From: Bdellovibrionales bacterium
GTDB lineage: Bacteria > Bdellovibrionota > Bdellovibrionia > Bdellovibrionales > UBA1609
DNA length: 64,000 nucleotides
NCBI GenBank assembly: GCA_965116155.1
Contig: OZ220488.1
Span: forward strand, 450,420-514,419
Direction of reading: 5' to 3'
In this document: positions 9,009-16,667 of the stretch, piece after piece
How positions within the stretch are numbered: the stretch's first letter is position 1
Layout of the letters: each line of letters opens with the position of its first letter
Notes under the pieces: model-generated
The model's input: the letters and a program-made list of their open reading frames with translations, nothing else
Told to the model about the DNA's origin: nothing
Database searches by the model: none
Translations under genes and position numbers: made by a program

Positions 9009-11234
9009 ATGCGTGTATTGGGTGCATACTTTTTGTATGGGTGTGGTGCTCTGTTTTGGTGCTCTGTTTTGGCGCTGTGTTTGGGCGCAAGCTTTGTGGC
9101 CGCGGAGAGCGGCTCTGTAGGTACCAGTGGCCCTCAAAAGGAGTGTACGGCTTTGCTTAAGGGTTCTGTATTTTTAAAAAAACTCCCCCACCGGGCGTTG
9201 GCTTTTGACAAAATCGGTCCTGAGGATATTTACGCCCCATTAGATGCTACTATTAAAAAAGCAACAGCTGATGTTAAGGCCATAGCCGAGTCCCGTGAGG
9301 CGCCTAGTTTTAAAAACACCGTAGAGGCTTTAGAGCATGTGGATGCCGACATGACCCGCGTTTACGGGGCCATGGACGTGCTAAGCATACATAAAATGAG
9401 CCCCGCGCAGACGAAGCTTGAAAAGCACTTTGTACCTAAGATGGTGGAATTTAGCAGCAAGATTCTATCTAACAAAAAGCTTTTTGCCCGTATTAAGCAT
9501 GTATACGAGCAACACGCTTATAACAATACACCCCGTGGTCTCAGTGTAGAGCAAAAAAGGCTTCTTAATGAGACTTACAATAAATTTGCCAAAAACGGCG
9601 CAGGCCTTAGCGAAAATAAGCAAAAACGTTTTCGTAAAATTTCGCAAGAGCTGGGTGTTTTGAGCATTCAGTTTAAAGAAAATGTCCGGCAGAGCATTGC
9701 GGATTTTAATTTGTATTTGAGTGAGGGCGAGATCGCAGGATTGCCTGAGGATTTAAAAGCCGCCGCCCGCAAAAAGGCCCAAGTGGCTGGCAGTAAAGAT
9801 AAGTACATTATTGGTATAGATTATTCTGACTACATGCAGGCTATGAAGTACCTAGATAGCTCGGAGGCGCGGCGCAAGTTATGGGACGCCAAAGGCAAGG
9901 TGGCATCCCAGGGCTTGTTTGATAACAGCAAGATTGTGGCTAGAATTTTGGAGCTACGCAACCAAAAGGCTAAGCTGTTGGGTTATGCGTCGCATGCTCC
10001 AAGGGCAATGGAGGAGCGCATGGCAAAAACTCCCCAAAGGGTGTGGGAGTTTTTGCAGACCCTTTACGATGCCATATTGCCTTACGCTGAAAAAGAGTGG
10101 CAAGAGCTGCAGGCTTTTGCCAAAGCCCAAGGGTACAAGGGCTCTTTACAGGCGTGGGATATTACCTACTACCACACCAAGCTCAAAGAGCGCCAGCAGG
10201 GTTTTGATGTAAAACTGTTACGCAACTACCTTAATGTGGGCAGCACGTTAAAGGCTTTGTTTAAGGTGGCAAAGCGCTTGTATGGGTTGGAGTTTAAGTT
10301 AAAGCCGCATGCTGCGTATCCGGTGTGGGATAAAGAGATGCAAGTGTATGAGGTGTCGCGCAAAGGGGATTTTGTGGGGCTGTTGTATTTGGATCTATTC
10401 TCGCGCCCGCAAGAGAAAAAAGAAGGCGCCTGGATGCATGATTTTTTAACCCAAGGGCAGTGGAAGCGCAGGCTGCAGCGCCCGCATGTTTTGGTGGCGA
10501 CTAACTTCACGCCTCAAGAAGAGTTAGCCTTTAAGGACCGTCTTATAGAGTGGTACGACGTTTATGTGTTGTTTCATGAGTTTGGGCATGCTTTGCATGG
10601 GCTTTTGGCGCAGGGGCGGTACCGATCGCTTAGTGGCACTAATGTGGCGCTGGATTTGGTGGAGCTGCCTTCGCAGGTTTTAGAGAACTGGATATACGAG
10701 CCTGAGGTGGCGCAGTTGCTGGGTCGGCATTACAAAAGCAAAAAACCCCTGCCTGAGGCTTGGATAAAAAAGATCCGCGCCAACAAAAACCTAGACACCA
10801 GCCCTATGCAAAAGCTAAGGCAGGTTCGTATGTCTATGCTGGATATGGCATGGCATGACGGGCCCTATCAGCCCAAGAGCTGGAAGGATTTGGATGTTAT
10901 AGGTTTTGAGAAGGAGTTTTTGGCAAAATTTCCTGGTGTGGTGCCGCAGCACCCTGCTGCCAAAAAGCACAGTACGACTTTAAGTTTTAGCCATTTGTTT
11001 TCTAGCATGTACGATGCGGGTTATTATAGTTATCTTTGGTCTGAGATGCTGGTCGCGGGTGCTTGGCCGGTGTTTGAGCGGGGGGGATTTTTGTCGCGCA
11101 AGATGGGCCGCCGGTTTGAGGAGTGTATTTTGTCTAAAGGCAACACTCGGGAGGCGGAGGTTTTGTTTGCGGATTTTTGCCCGCACCAACCTACCGCCCA
11201 AGACCTGGTTAGATTTTGGGAGTTTAAAGACTAG
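9009..11234 (+). CDS. Secreted M3-family zinc metallopeptidase (peptidyl-dipeptidase Dcp / oligopeptidase A-like)
   Basis: It carries the HEFGHALH zinc motif, and its length and overall pattern fit the M3 family. The ATG at 9009 follows AGGAG by about 8 nt and gives a signal-peptide-like N-terminus (..VLALCLGASFVAAES). The longest ORF starts at 8967. Confidence 0.8.
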   Translation: MRVLGAYFLYGCGALFWCSVLALCLGASFVAAESGSVGTSGPQKECTALLKGSVFLKKLPHRALAFDKIGPEDIYAPLDATIKKATADVKAIAESREAPSFKNTVEALEHVDADMTRVYGAMDVLSIHKMSPAQTKLEKHFVPKMVEFSSKILSNKKLFARIKHVYEQHAYNNTPRGLSVEQKRLLNETYNKFAKNGAGLSENKQKRFRKISQELGVLSIQFKENVRQSIADFNLYLSEGEIAGLPEDLKAAARKKAQVAGSKDKYIIGIDYSDYMQAMKYLDSSEARRKLWDAKGKVASQGLFDNSKIVARILELRNQKAKLLGYASHAPRAMEERMAKTPQRVWEFLQTLYDAILPYAEKEWQELQAFAKAQGYKGSLQAWDITYYHTKLKERQQGFDVKLLRNYLNVGSTLKALFKVAKRLYGLEFKLKPHAAYPVWDKEMQVYEVSRKGDFVGLLYLDLFSRPQEKKEGAWMHDFLTQGQWKRRLQRPHVLVATNFTPQEELAFKDRLIEWYDVYVLFHEFGHALHGLLAQGRYRSLSGTNVALDLVELPSQVLENWIYEPEVAQLLGRHYKSKKPLPEAWIKKIRANKNLDTSPMQKLRQVRMSMLDMAWHDGPYQPKSWKDLDVIGFEKEFLAKFPGVVPQHPAAKKHSTTLSFSHLFSSMYDAGYYSYLWSEMLVAGAWPVFERGGFLSRKMGRRFEECILSKGNTREAEVLFADFCPHQPTAQDLVRFWEFKD

Positions 11235-11431
11235 CCCAAACACTTTGGCCAGAAAGCGCAGGCCCTTGCTAGCCCCATAGGGGTGTGGCAAGGCGGGTCA
11301 ACCCCTTATAAATTGGACAGTTTTTAGTGAACTTTTTGGAGGATAGAAGGTCAGGGGGCCCGCCGCTGTGGGGAGGGTATAGGCTTAGAAATTTACCTGC
11401 CCTTATTTCCTCAAGCCCTCAAGCAAGGCGC

Positions 11432-11993
11432 GTTGCTTAACCACAAAGAAAGTGCTAAAAAGCAACAAAAAAATATACTGCGAAATGACTAAAAACGAGG
11501 GATGCCGCCCTATAAGGAACCCTACAAGGAAAAGCGTAAATGAAAAAACTTTTGTGTGCGTTTTTGATTTTGTTTTTGTGCTCGTATGCTTGGGCAGGTA
11601 AAGGCATACGCGGTGACTATTGGGGCAAGCCCAAAGCAGCTAGTGATCCAATAAACTTGCCGGATTCTGTTAAAAATATGCTGGATGCAGAGGTTCTGAC
11701 AGGCGCTATGCTGCCTCTTTTTTGGGCCATTAAACACAAAGATTACGCTCTTGTAAAAACTTTGCTAAACCACAAAATAGATATCAATGCTCAAGATGCC
11801 CAAGGCCGCACGGCTCTTATGCAGGCGGTGCAAATGCCTAACTATGCAGATATTGAGACTTTGTTGGGCCATGCCGGCGTTGATATTAACCAAACAGACG
11901 ACCATGGCAAAACGGCTCTTTTTTGGGCTGCGCAAAGGGGCAGATTGCACTTTATAAAAACTTTATTAAATAGTGGCATTGATGTTAACGCCA
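11432..11993 (+). repeat. Segmental duplication, copy 1 (leader, signal peptide and first three ANK repeats), paralogous to 49435-49995
   Basis: By manual alignment, 11613-11993 and about 49612-49995 differ at about 8 positions in ~380 bp. The upstream ~110 bp and the signal-peptide region are more diverged but clearly homologous. Confidence 0.85.
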
Positions 11994-12679
11994 GGGGCGA
12001 ATATGGCAATACAGCTCTTATTTGGGCGGCGTATAACGGGCATGAAGAGTCTGTGCAGGCTCTTTTAGCTCATAAAGATATTGATGTTAACGCCAAGGAC
12101 GATGCTGGCGATACAGCGCTTATTTTGGCTGCGAGCAGAGGGAATGAAGAATCTGTACAAGCTCTTTTGGCTCATGAAGATATTGATGTTAATGCTAAGG
12201 GCGAATGTGGCTATACAGCGCTTAGTTGGGCTGCGCGTAACAGGCATGAAGAGTCTGTGCAGGCTCTTTTAGAACATAAAGATATTGATGTTAACGCCAA
12301 GGACGGTGATGGCAATACAGCGCTTATTTGGTCTGCGCGCAGAGGGCATGAAGAGTCTGTGCAGGCTCTTTTAGCTCATAAAGATATTGATGTTAATGCC
12401 AAGGACGGTGATGGCAATACAGCGCTTATTTGGGCTGCGTATGAAGGGCATGAAGAGTCTGTGCAAGCTCTTTTAGCGCGTAAAGATACTGATGTTAACG
12501 CCAGGGGCGAATATGGCTATACAGCGCTTTTTTGGGCTGCGCATGACGGGCGTGAAGCGCTTGTAGGGATTTTGCGAGAGCATGGGGCTATTAATGCTGG
12601 CACAATAGAAAAACCTGGCGCTGTGAACGTGCTTTTACAGCGTGGCAAATCACTCTGCACAAAGTTATTACAAAGTTAG
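11540..12679 (+). CDS. Secreted ankyrin-repeat protein (9 ANK repeats)
   Basis: It has the Sec signal peptide MKKLLCAFLILFLCSYAWA-GKG. Repeats follow of the form G-x-TAL-x-x-AA-x-x-GHEESVQALLAHKDIDVNAKxxx. The stop codon TAG (12677-12679) lies inside repeat module A. Confidence 0.9.
   Translation: MKKLLCAFLILFLCSYAWAGKGIRGDYWGKPKAASDPINLPDSVKNMLDAEVLTGAMLPLFWAIKHKDYALVKTLLNHKIDINAQDAQGRTALMQAVQMPNYADIETLLGHAGVDINQTDDHGKTALFWAAQRGRLHFIKTLLNSGIDVNARGEYGNTALIWAAYNGHEESVQALLAHKDIDVNAKDDAGDTALILAASRGNEESVQALLAHEDIDVNAKGECGYTALSWAARNRHEESVQALLEHKDIDVNAKDGDGNTALIWSARRGHEESVQALLAHKDIDVNAKDGDGNTALIWAAYEGHEESVQALLARKDTDVNARGEYGYTALFWAAHDGREALVGILREHGAINAGTIEKPGAVNVLLQRGKSLCTKLLQS
12005..12600 (+). repeat. 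In-frame 102-bp (34-aa) near-identical tandem ANK repeat array within ank1
   Basis: Units start at 12005, 12107, 12209, 12311, 12413 and 12515. The core CATGAAGAGTCTGTGCAGGCTCTTTTAGCTCATAAAGATATTGATGTTAA is almost invariant between units. Confidence 0.85.
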
Positions 12680-12870
12680 AGCGCTAGGAAAATGCCATGG
12701 GATTAAGCGCATCTTCCTGATAGCACCTAAAGGTGCGGCCATCAGGAAGATAAGCGTCCCACATGGCATTTTCCGACCTATAAGGCATCTATGGCCCTGC
12801 GGGATTGTGCGATCGTTAGGCACAAGGCGTCCAGACTTGCGTCAAAGTCCCGTACGTTGAGCAAACAAAA
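12676..12870 (+). repeat. Modular palindromic intergenic repeat, full A-B-C unit
   Basis: Module A is TTAGAGCGCTAG at 12676-12687. Module B is a long hairpin at 12687-12774 (GGAAAATGCCATGGGA..TCCCACATGGCATTTTCC, with inner stem TCTTCCTGAT/ATCAGGAAGA). Module C runs from CCTATAAGG.. through GCGTCAAAGTCCCGTACGTTGAGCAAACAAAA. Confidence 0.85.
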
Positions 12871-13062
12871 ATTAGAGCGCTAGCGAAATTCTCTGGGATA
12901 AGCGCGTGAGCATAAAGGTGTGTCAGTCTTCACAACAAGGTAACATTGCTGGCGCTTTTATGCTTACGCCTTTAGGCGAACGCACCACATCCTGCGTCTC
13001 ACCCATGTCCCACTGGCAGGCGCCAAAGGCGCCGGATACCAGTGGGACCAACAGCAGCGCGT
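12871..13062 (+). repeat. Second repeat unit: module A, left arm of module B, inverted pair of module E, and module D hairpin
   Basis: ATTAGAGCGCTAGCGAAATTCTCTGGGATAAGCGCG starts at 12871. GCGTGAGCATAAAGGTG (12904-12920) is paired with GCGCTTTTATGCTTACGC (12952-12969). Module D GTCCCACTGG..CCAGTGGGAC lies at 13007-13048. Confidence 0.8.
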
Positions 13063-13114
13063 AACATAAAAGCCACCCCTAATGCCTAAAGGCATTAGGG
13101 GTGGCTTTTATGTT
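13063..13114. terminator. 24-bp hairpin straddling the secF stop codon (candidate bidirectional terminator)
   Basis: CATAAAAGCCACCCCTAATGCC (13065-13086), loop TAAA, GGCATTAGGGGTGGCTTTTATG (13091-13112), plus two further A:T pairs. The secF stop (13079-13081) is inside the left arm. The right arm and loop encode IKATPNAFRH. Confidence 0.7.
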
Positions 13115-14041
13115 GTCGAGCCAGATGACCAATGGAGAAGCAACAAAGATAGACGAATACGTGCCCACAACAACGCCAATACCCAAAGTAAAAGCAAAAT
13201 CCCTAATGACACCTTGGGCAAAAAAGTACATCGCAAACACCGCTAGCAGAGTCGTAACAGATGTCAGCACCGTGCGCGTAAGCACATCGTTCAAAGCCCT
13301 GTTCACCACACCACTAAAGCCACCCTTTGCAGCCTCAACCCCACGCGCACCAAAAGCCGACACGTTCTCCCTAATACGATCAAAAGTCACAATCGTATCA
13401 TTGAGCGAATAACCTATAATCGTTAAAATCGCCGCCATAGTCTGCACATTCACCTCACGCGCAAACAAAGCAAAAATCCCGAGCGTAATAATACTGTCAT
13501 GGAACAAACACACCACAGCACCAGGTGCGTACTTGTAATCAAACCTCAAGCCCACATAAATCAAAACCAAAAGCAAACTATAAAAAGCCGCCAGCAAACC
13601 ACGCCGCTTTAGGTCCTCCCCTATCTGCGGGCCCACAAAATCCACCTTGCGCACCTGAGCCCCCTTAAGAGGCGCAAAAAATTTTGCAAAATCCACCTTG
13701 GCATCCGCACCCCTATGCTCCACTCGAATCAAAAACTCCCTCCCCTCAGCACCCAAAGACTGCACCTGAGCTTTTTTGTAATCTGCTTGTTCTAAAAACT
13801 CCCTCACATCACCAGCGGTGGTTTCAGCATCCTCAAACAACAGCTGCACCTGAGTGCCTCCAGAAAAATCGATCCCATAGTTAAACCCCCGCAACCCAAT
13901 ACCCAACAGCGACCCTAGCACCAAAACCGCAGACACCACCCCACACACGCCCGACAGCGCTATAAAATTAAACCCTAAACCGCCTCCCCGACGGGCAGGC
14001 CCACTTTGGCTCTTTTTTATGCCACCATCCTTAGCCATCAC
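13079..14041 (-). CDS. secF: Protein translocase subunit SecF
   Basis: SecF-type membrane protein (..GIDFSGGTQVQL.., ..IIGYSLNDTIVTFDRIRE..) located immediately downstream of secD. Confidence 0.9.
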   Translation of the reverse strand: MMAKDGGIKKSQSGPARRGGGLGFNFIALSGVCGVVSAVLVLGSLLGIGLRGFNYGIDFSGGTQVQLLFEDAETTAGDVREFLEQADYKKAQVQSLGAEGREFLIRVEHRGADAKVDFAKFFAPLKGAQVRKVDFVGPQIGEDLKRRGLLAAFYSLLLVLIYVGLRFDYKYAPGAVVCLFHDSIITLGIFALFAREVNVQTMAAILTIIGYSLNDTIVTFDRIRENVSAFGARGVEAAKGGFSGVVNRALNDVLTRTVLTSVTTLLAVFAMYFFAQGVIRDFAFTLGIGVVVGTYSSIFVASPLVIWLDNIKATPNAFRH

Positions 14042-14064
14042 CTGTCTCTCTCCCCATACAACAC

Positions 14065-15816
14065 TTAAACACGCACTAGGTTTTTAAATTTAAACTTGTG
14101 TACCAAGCTCTCAATAATAGTGCGCGACACAAACACCGCCGTAAACACAGAGGTCGCAATTCCACAAAGCAACGTCACTGCAAAACCCCTAATAGGCCCC
14201 GTGCCATAATACATCAAAACCAAGCACACTAAAGCTGTTGTAATATTGGCATCTAAAATAGCAGAAAACGCCTGCCCAAAGCCATCGGCCACGGCACCTC
14301 CCACACCCGCACCCTTACGCAGCTCCTCTTTGATGCGCTCAAACACAATAACATTAGCATCCACCGCCATACCCACCGTTAAAATAATCCCCGCCACCCC
14401 AGGCAAAGTTAGCGTAGCTCCCAACGAAGACAAAATGCCAAAAATAAACAGCACATTTAGCACCAAAGCCAAATCAGCCACCAAGCCCACCGCACCGTAA
14501 TAAAACAGCATAAACACCAGCACCAAAACCATACCCACAACCCCAGCCAGTTCGCCCGCAGCAATGGCCTCCGCACCCAGAGTTGGCCCCACTGTGCGCT
14601 CCTCCAATTGACTCAAATCCGCCGGCAACGAACCCGACCGCAAAGCACTCGCTATAAACTGAGCCTCTTTGCGCGTTTGCTCATAATTAGACGCCCCCAG
14701 GGTAATGCGTGCCCTTTGGGAGTCGATTTTTTCCCTCACAGAAGGCGCCGACTTGACCACACCATCTAATACAATGGCCATAAAACCAGGCGCGATCGCC
14801 TCCGTTAGCTCTGCAAACAATCGCCTGCCCTCAGGAGTAAAACGAAAATTCACCTCGTATCGACCAAACTCATCCGGAGCCGCAATAGCATCCTCTAAAT
14901 GCTCTCCACCTAGCTGGTTGTTTACTTCAATCAGGTGCGGCACGCGGCCCGTTAGCATATCCTGAGCTTTGTCGTTTTTCTCAAACAGCACCCGCGTATT
15001 GAGCGGCAATTTAGGCTTTAAATATTGGTTGAGCTGCTCAACATAAGCCCTATAACCACCCCCTTTAGTCTCTTTAAACTCCACCCCCTTAGAAGCAGCC
15101 TCTTCCATCCACTCCGCGAGCTGCTCCGGCTCTACCTCTTTAGACACTGGACGAAAATTCAGCCTCGCCGCCCTATTAACCAGCTCCTTAGCCCCAGCGG
15201 TATCCTTAATGCCAGGCAGTTGCACCAAAATCCTGTCATTCCCCTGGGCCGCAATACTCGGCTCCGCCACCCCAAACTCATCAATACGCGCCCGCACCAC
15301 CTCTATAGCCTGATCCACCACCTGCGCCCTATAAGCATCCAGAGTGCTCGGTACAAAACCCACTTTAAACGCCCTGCCGCCACCCGCGTCAGCAGACCCC
15401 TCCACAAGCTCTAAAACCTGCAAACGCACACCGAAGTAATCCCGTGACTCTATATGCTCGCGCAAAGCGGGCTCATCATCGCCAGCACCAAAGCCCACCA
15501 GCAGCTGAAGCGCGTTTTGAGGATCAACCCTCAACTCCCCATGGCTGAGTTTAGCAAAATCAAAGCTGTCCTTGAGCTCTGTTAAAAGGCGCATGGTTTT
15601 TTCAACCATAATGGCGCGCGTGTCCACACCCATCACCAGCTGCAAACCTCCTTGAATATCCAAGCCCTTGGTAACGCGGTTTTTGAGCATAAAAGAATTC
15701 CTATCGCGCTCCGTGTCCAGAGCTTTATCTGCAAAGTTGGGCACCACCCCCACTACCGCTAAGGCTACAAAACCCACCACCACTAGCCAGCGCATTTTTA
15801 AACTCTCAATCAACAT
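14065..15816 (-). CDS. secD: Protein translocase subunit SecD
   Basis: SecD pattern (..GLDIQGGLQLVM.., ..GILTVGMAVDANVIVFERIKEE..) in the order yajC-secD-secF. Confidence 0.9.
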   Translation of the reverse strand: MLIESLKMRWLVVVGFVALAVVGVVPNFADKALDTERDRNSFMLKNRVTKGLDIQGGLQLVMGVDTRAIMVEKTMRLLTELKDSFDFAKLSHGELRVDPQNALQLLVGFGAGDDEPALREHIESRDYFGVRLQVLELVEGSADAGGGRAFKVGFVPSTLDAYRAQVVDQAIEVVRARIDEFGVAEPSIAAQGNDRILVQLPGIKDTAGAKELVNRAARLNFRPVSKEVEPEQLAEWMEEAASKGVEFKETKGGGYRAYVEQLNQYLKPKLPLNTRVLFEKNDKAQDMLTGRVPHLIEVNNQLGGEHLEDAIAAPDEFGRYEVNFRFTPEGRRLFAELTEAIAPGFMAIVLDGVVKSAPSVREKIDSQRARITLGASNYEQTRKEAQFIASALRSGSLPADLSQLEERTVGPTLGAEAIAAGELAGVVGMVLVLVFMLFYYGAVGLVADLALVLNVLFIFGILSSLGATLTLPGVAGIILTVGMAVDANVIVFERIKEELRKGAGVGGAVADGFGQAFSAILDANITTALVCLVLMYYGTGPIRGFAVTLLCGIATSVFTAVFVSRTIIESLVHKFKFKNLVRV

Positions 15817-15838
15817 GGCTCTTTACCCTTTTTTGCCC

Positions 15839-16219
15839 CTATGTACCCTTTGCTGTATCGCGCTCTAAGGCCGATGAGATCTGATTCCTTAGCACCCTAA
15901 TCCGCGTGCCCTGCGACACCTCCAAAACCACAAAGCCCTTGCTTAAACCTGTGATCTTGCCAAAAATGCCCCCGCTCGTTAAAACCTCGTCCCCTTCTTT
16001 TAACTTTTGCAAAAAGCTCTGGTGCTCCTTATGCCGACGGCGCTGAGGACGTATAAGCAAAAAGTAAAAAATCACAAAAATAAAAACAAACGGCACCAGC
16101 TGCTCTAAAGCACTTGGTGTCGGCGGCGCATCCTGCGCCCAAGCCCGCGCGGCAAAAACTAATACTCCTAAAAACAAAGCACCCATAACTACCAAACGCA
16201 ATAACACACTAGGCCCCAC
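15839..16219 (-). CDS. yajC: Preprotein translocase subunit YajC
   Basis: Conserved YajC core FYFLLIRPQRRRHKEHQSFLQKLKEGDEVLTSGGIFGKITGL. The longest ORF starts at a GTG abutting the repeat region. The ATG at 16186 is an alternative start. Confidence 0.85.
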   Translation of the reverse strand: MGPSVLLRLVVMGALFLGVLVFAARAWAQDAPPTPSALEQLVPFVFIFVIFYFLLIRPQRRRHKEHQSFLQKLKEGDEVLTSGGIFGKITGLSKGFVVLEVSQGTRIRVLRNQISSALERDTAKGT

Positions 16220-16667
16220 TGCGTAAGCATAAAAGTGGCCCCTTGAAATTTTGGGCGGGTAGCGTAACCACCTGCCACCCTTTGCAGGGTGCTAAGCAGG
16301 TGGTAAGCGAAAAGTCCCAGGATTTCAAGGGAGAACAGGATAGCTCGCAGTATCGCACGGGACTTTGACGGCAGTCTGGTCGCGATAGGCCTAAAGATCG
16401 CCTATCGCTACAGGCTCATAGTAGCCTTTAGCTGTCTAGTGCACAAAAATGCCTCAGGCAGGACCACTTGTCTACCTGATGGCCCGCGCCCAAGGGCGCT
16501 ATCAGGTAGACTGCGTAGGGCTGAGAGCATTTTTGTTGGCACTTTTATGCTTACGCCATAGCCCGCGAAATTCTCTGTGGGACGCTTGGCGCCATCGCAG
16601 CAGCACCCTTTCAGGGTGCTGCTCTTGCGCCGCCGCTTATCCCAGAGAATTTCGCTAGCACTCTGAC
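16220..16667 (-). repeat. Composite repeat region in minus orientation, filling the der-yajC spacer
   Basis: Read on the minus strand after the der stop, it runs GTCAGAGTGCTAGC (A-like), then a B hairpin (16575-16655). Next comes a 346-bp segment bounded by a perfect 17-bp inverted pair GCGTAAGCATAAAAGTG (16221-16237 / 16550-16566). That segment holds a B-variant (about 16441-16546), module C (about 16337-16430) and a nested hairpin (16239-16331). Confidence 0.85.

Noticed and set aside
11235-11539. Search for tRNA, tmRNA, RNase P, SRP or rRNA in the long spacers (11235-11539, 49186-49541, 16220-16667, 32386-32866)
   Set aside because: I saw no T-loop (GGTTCGAATCC-like) or acceptor/anticodon-stem geometry, and no conserved rRNA or RNase P boxes. 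The structured parts of these spacers are accounted for by the repeat family.
12005-12600. Regularly spaced near-identical 102-bp repeats, also at 50007-50430, that at first glance could be a CRISPR-like or non-coding tandem array
   Set aside because: The repeats are in-frame within long ORFs and translate into canonical ankyrin repeats. There are no unique spacers of constant length, and the period equals the protein repeat length.
12642-12860. ORFs lying entirely inside repeat spacers (12642-12860, 16449-16658, 50694-50927)
   Set aside because: They run through palindromic repeat modules that occur in both orientations at other loci, where the frame is not conserved. No RBS is present.
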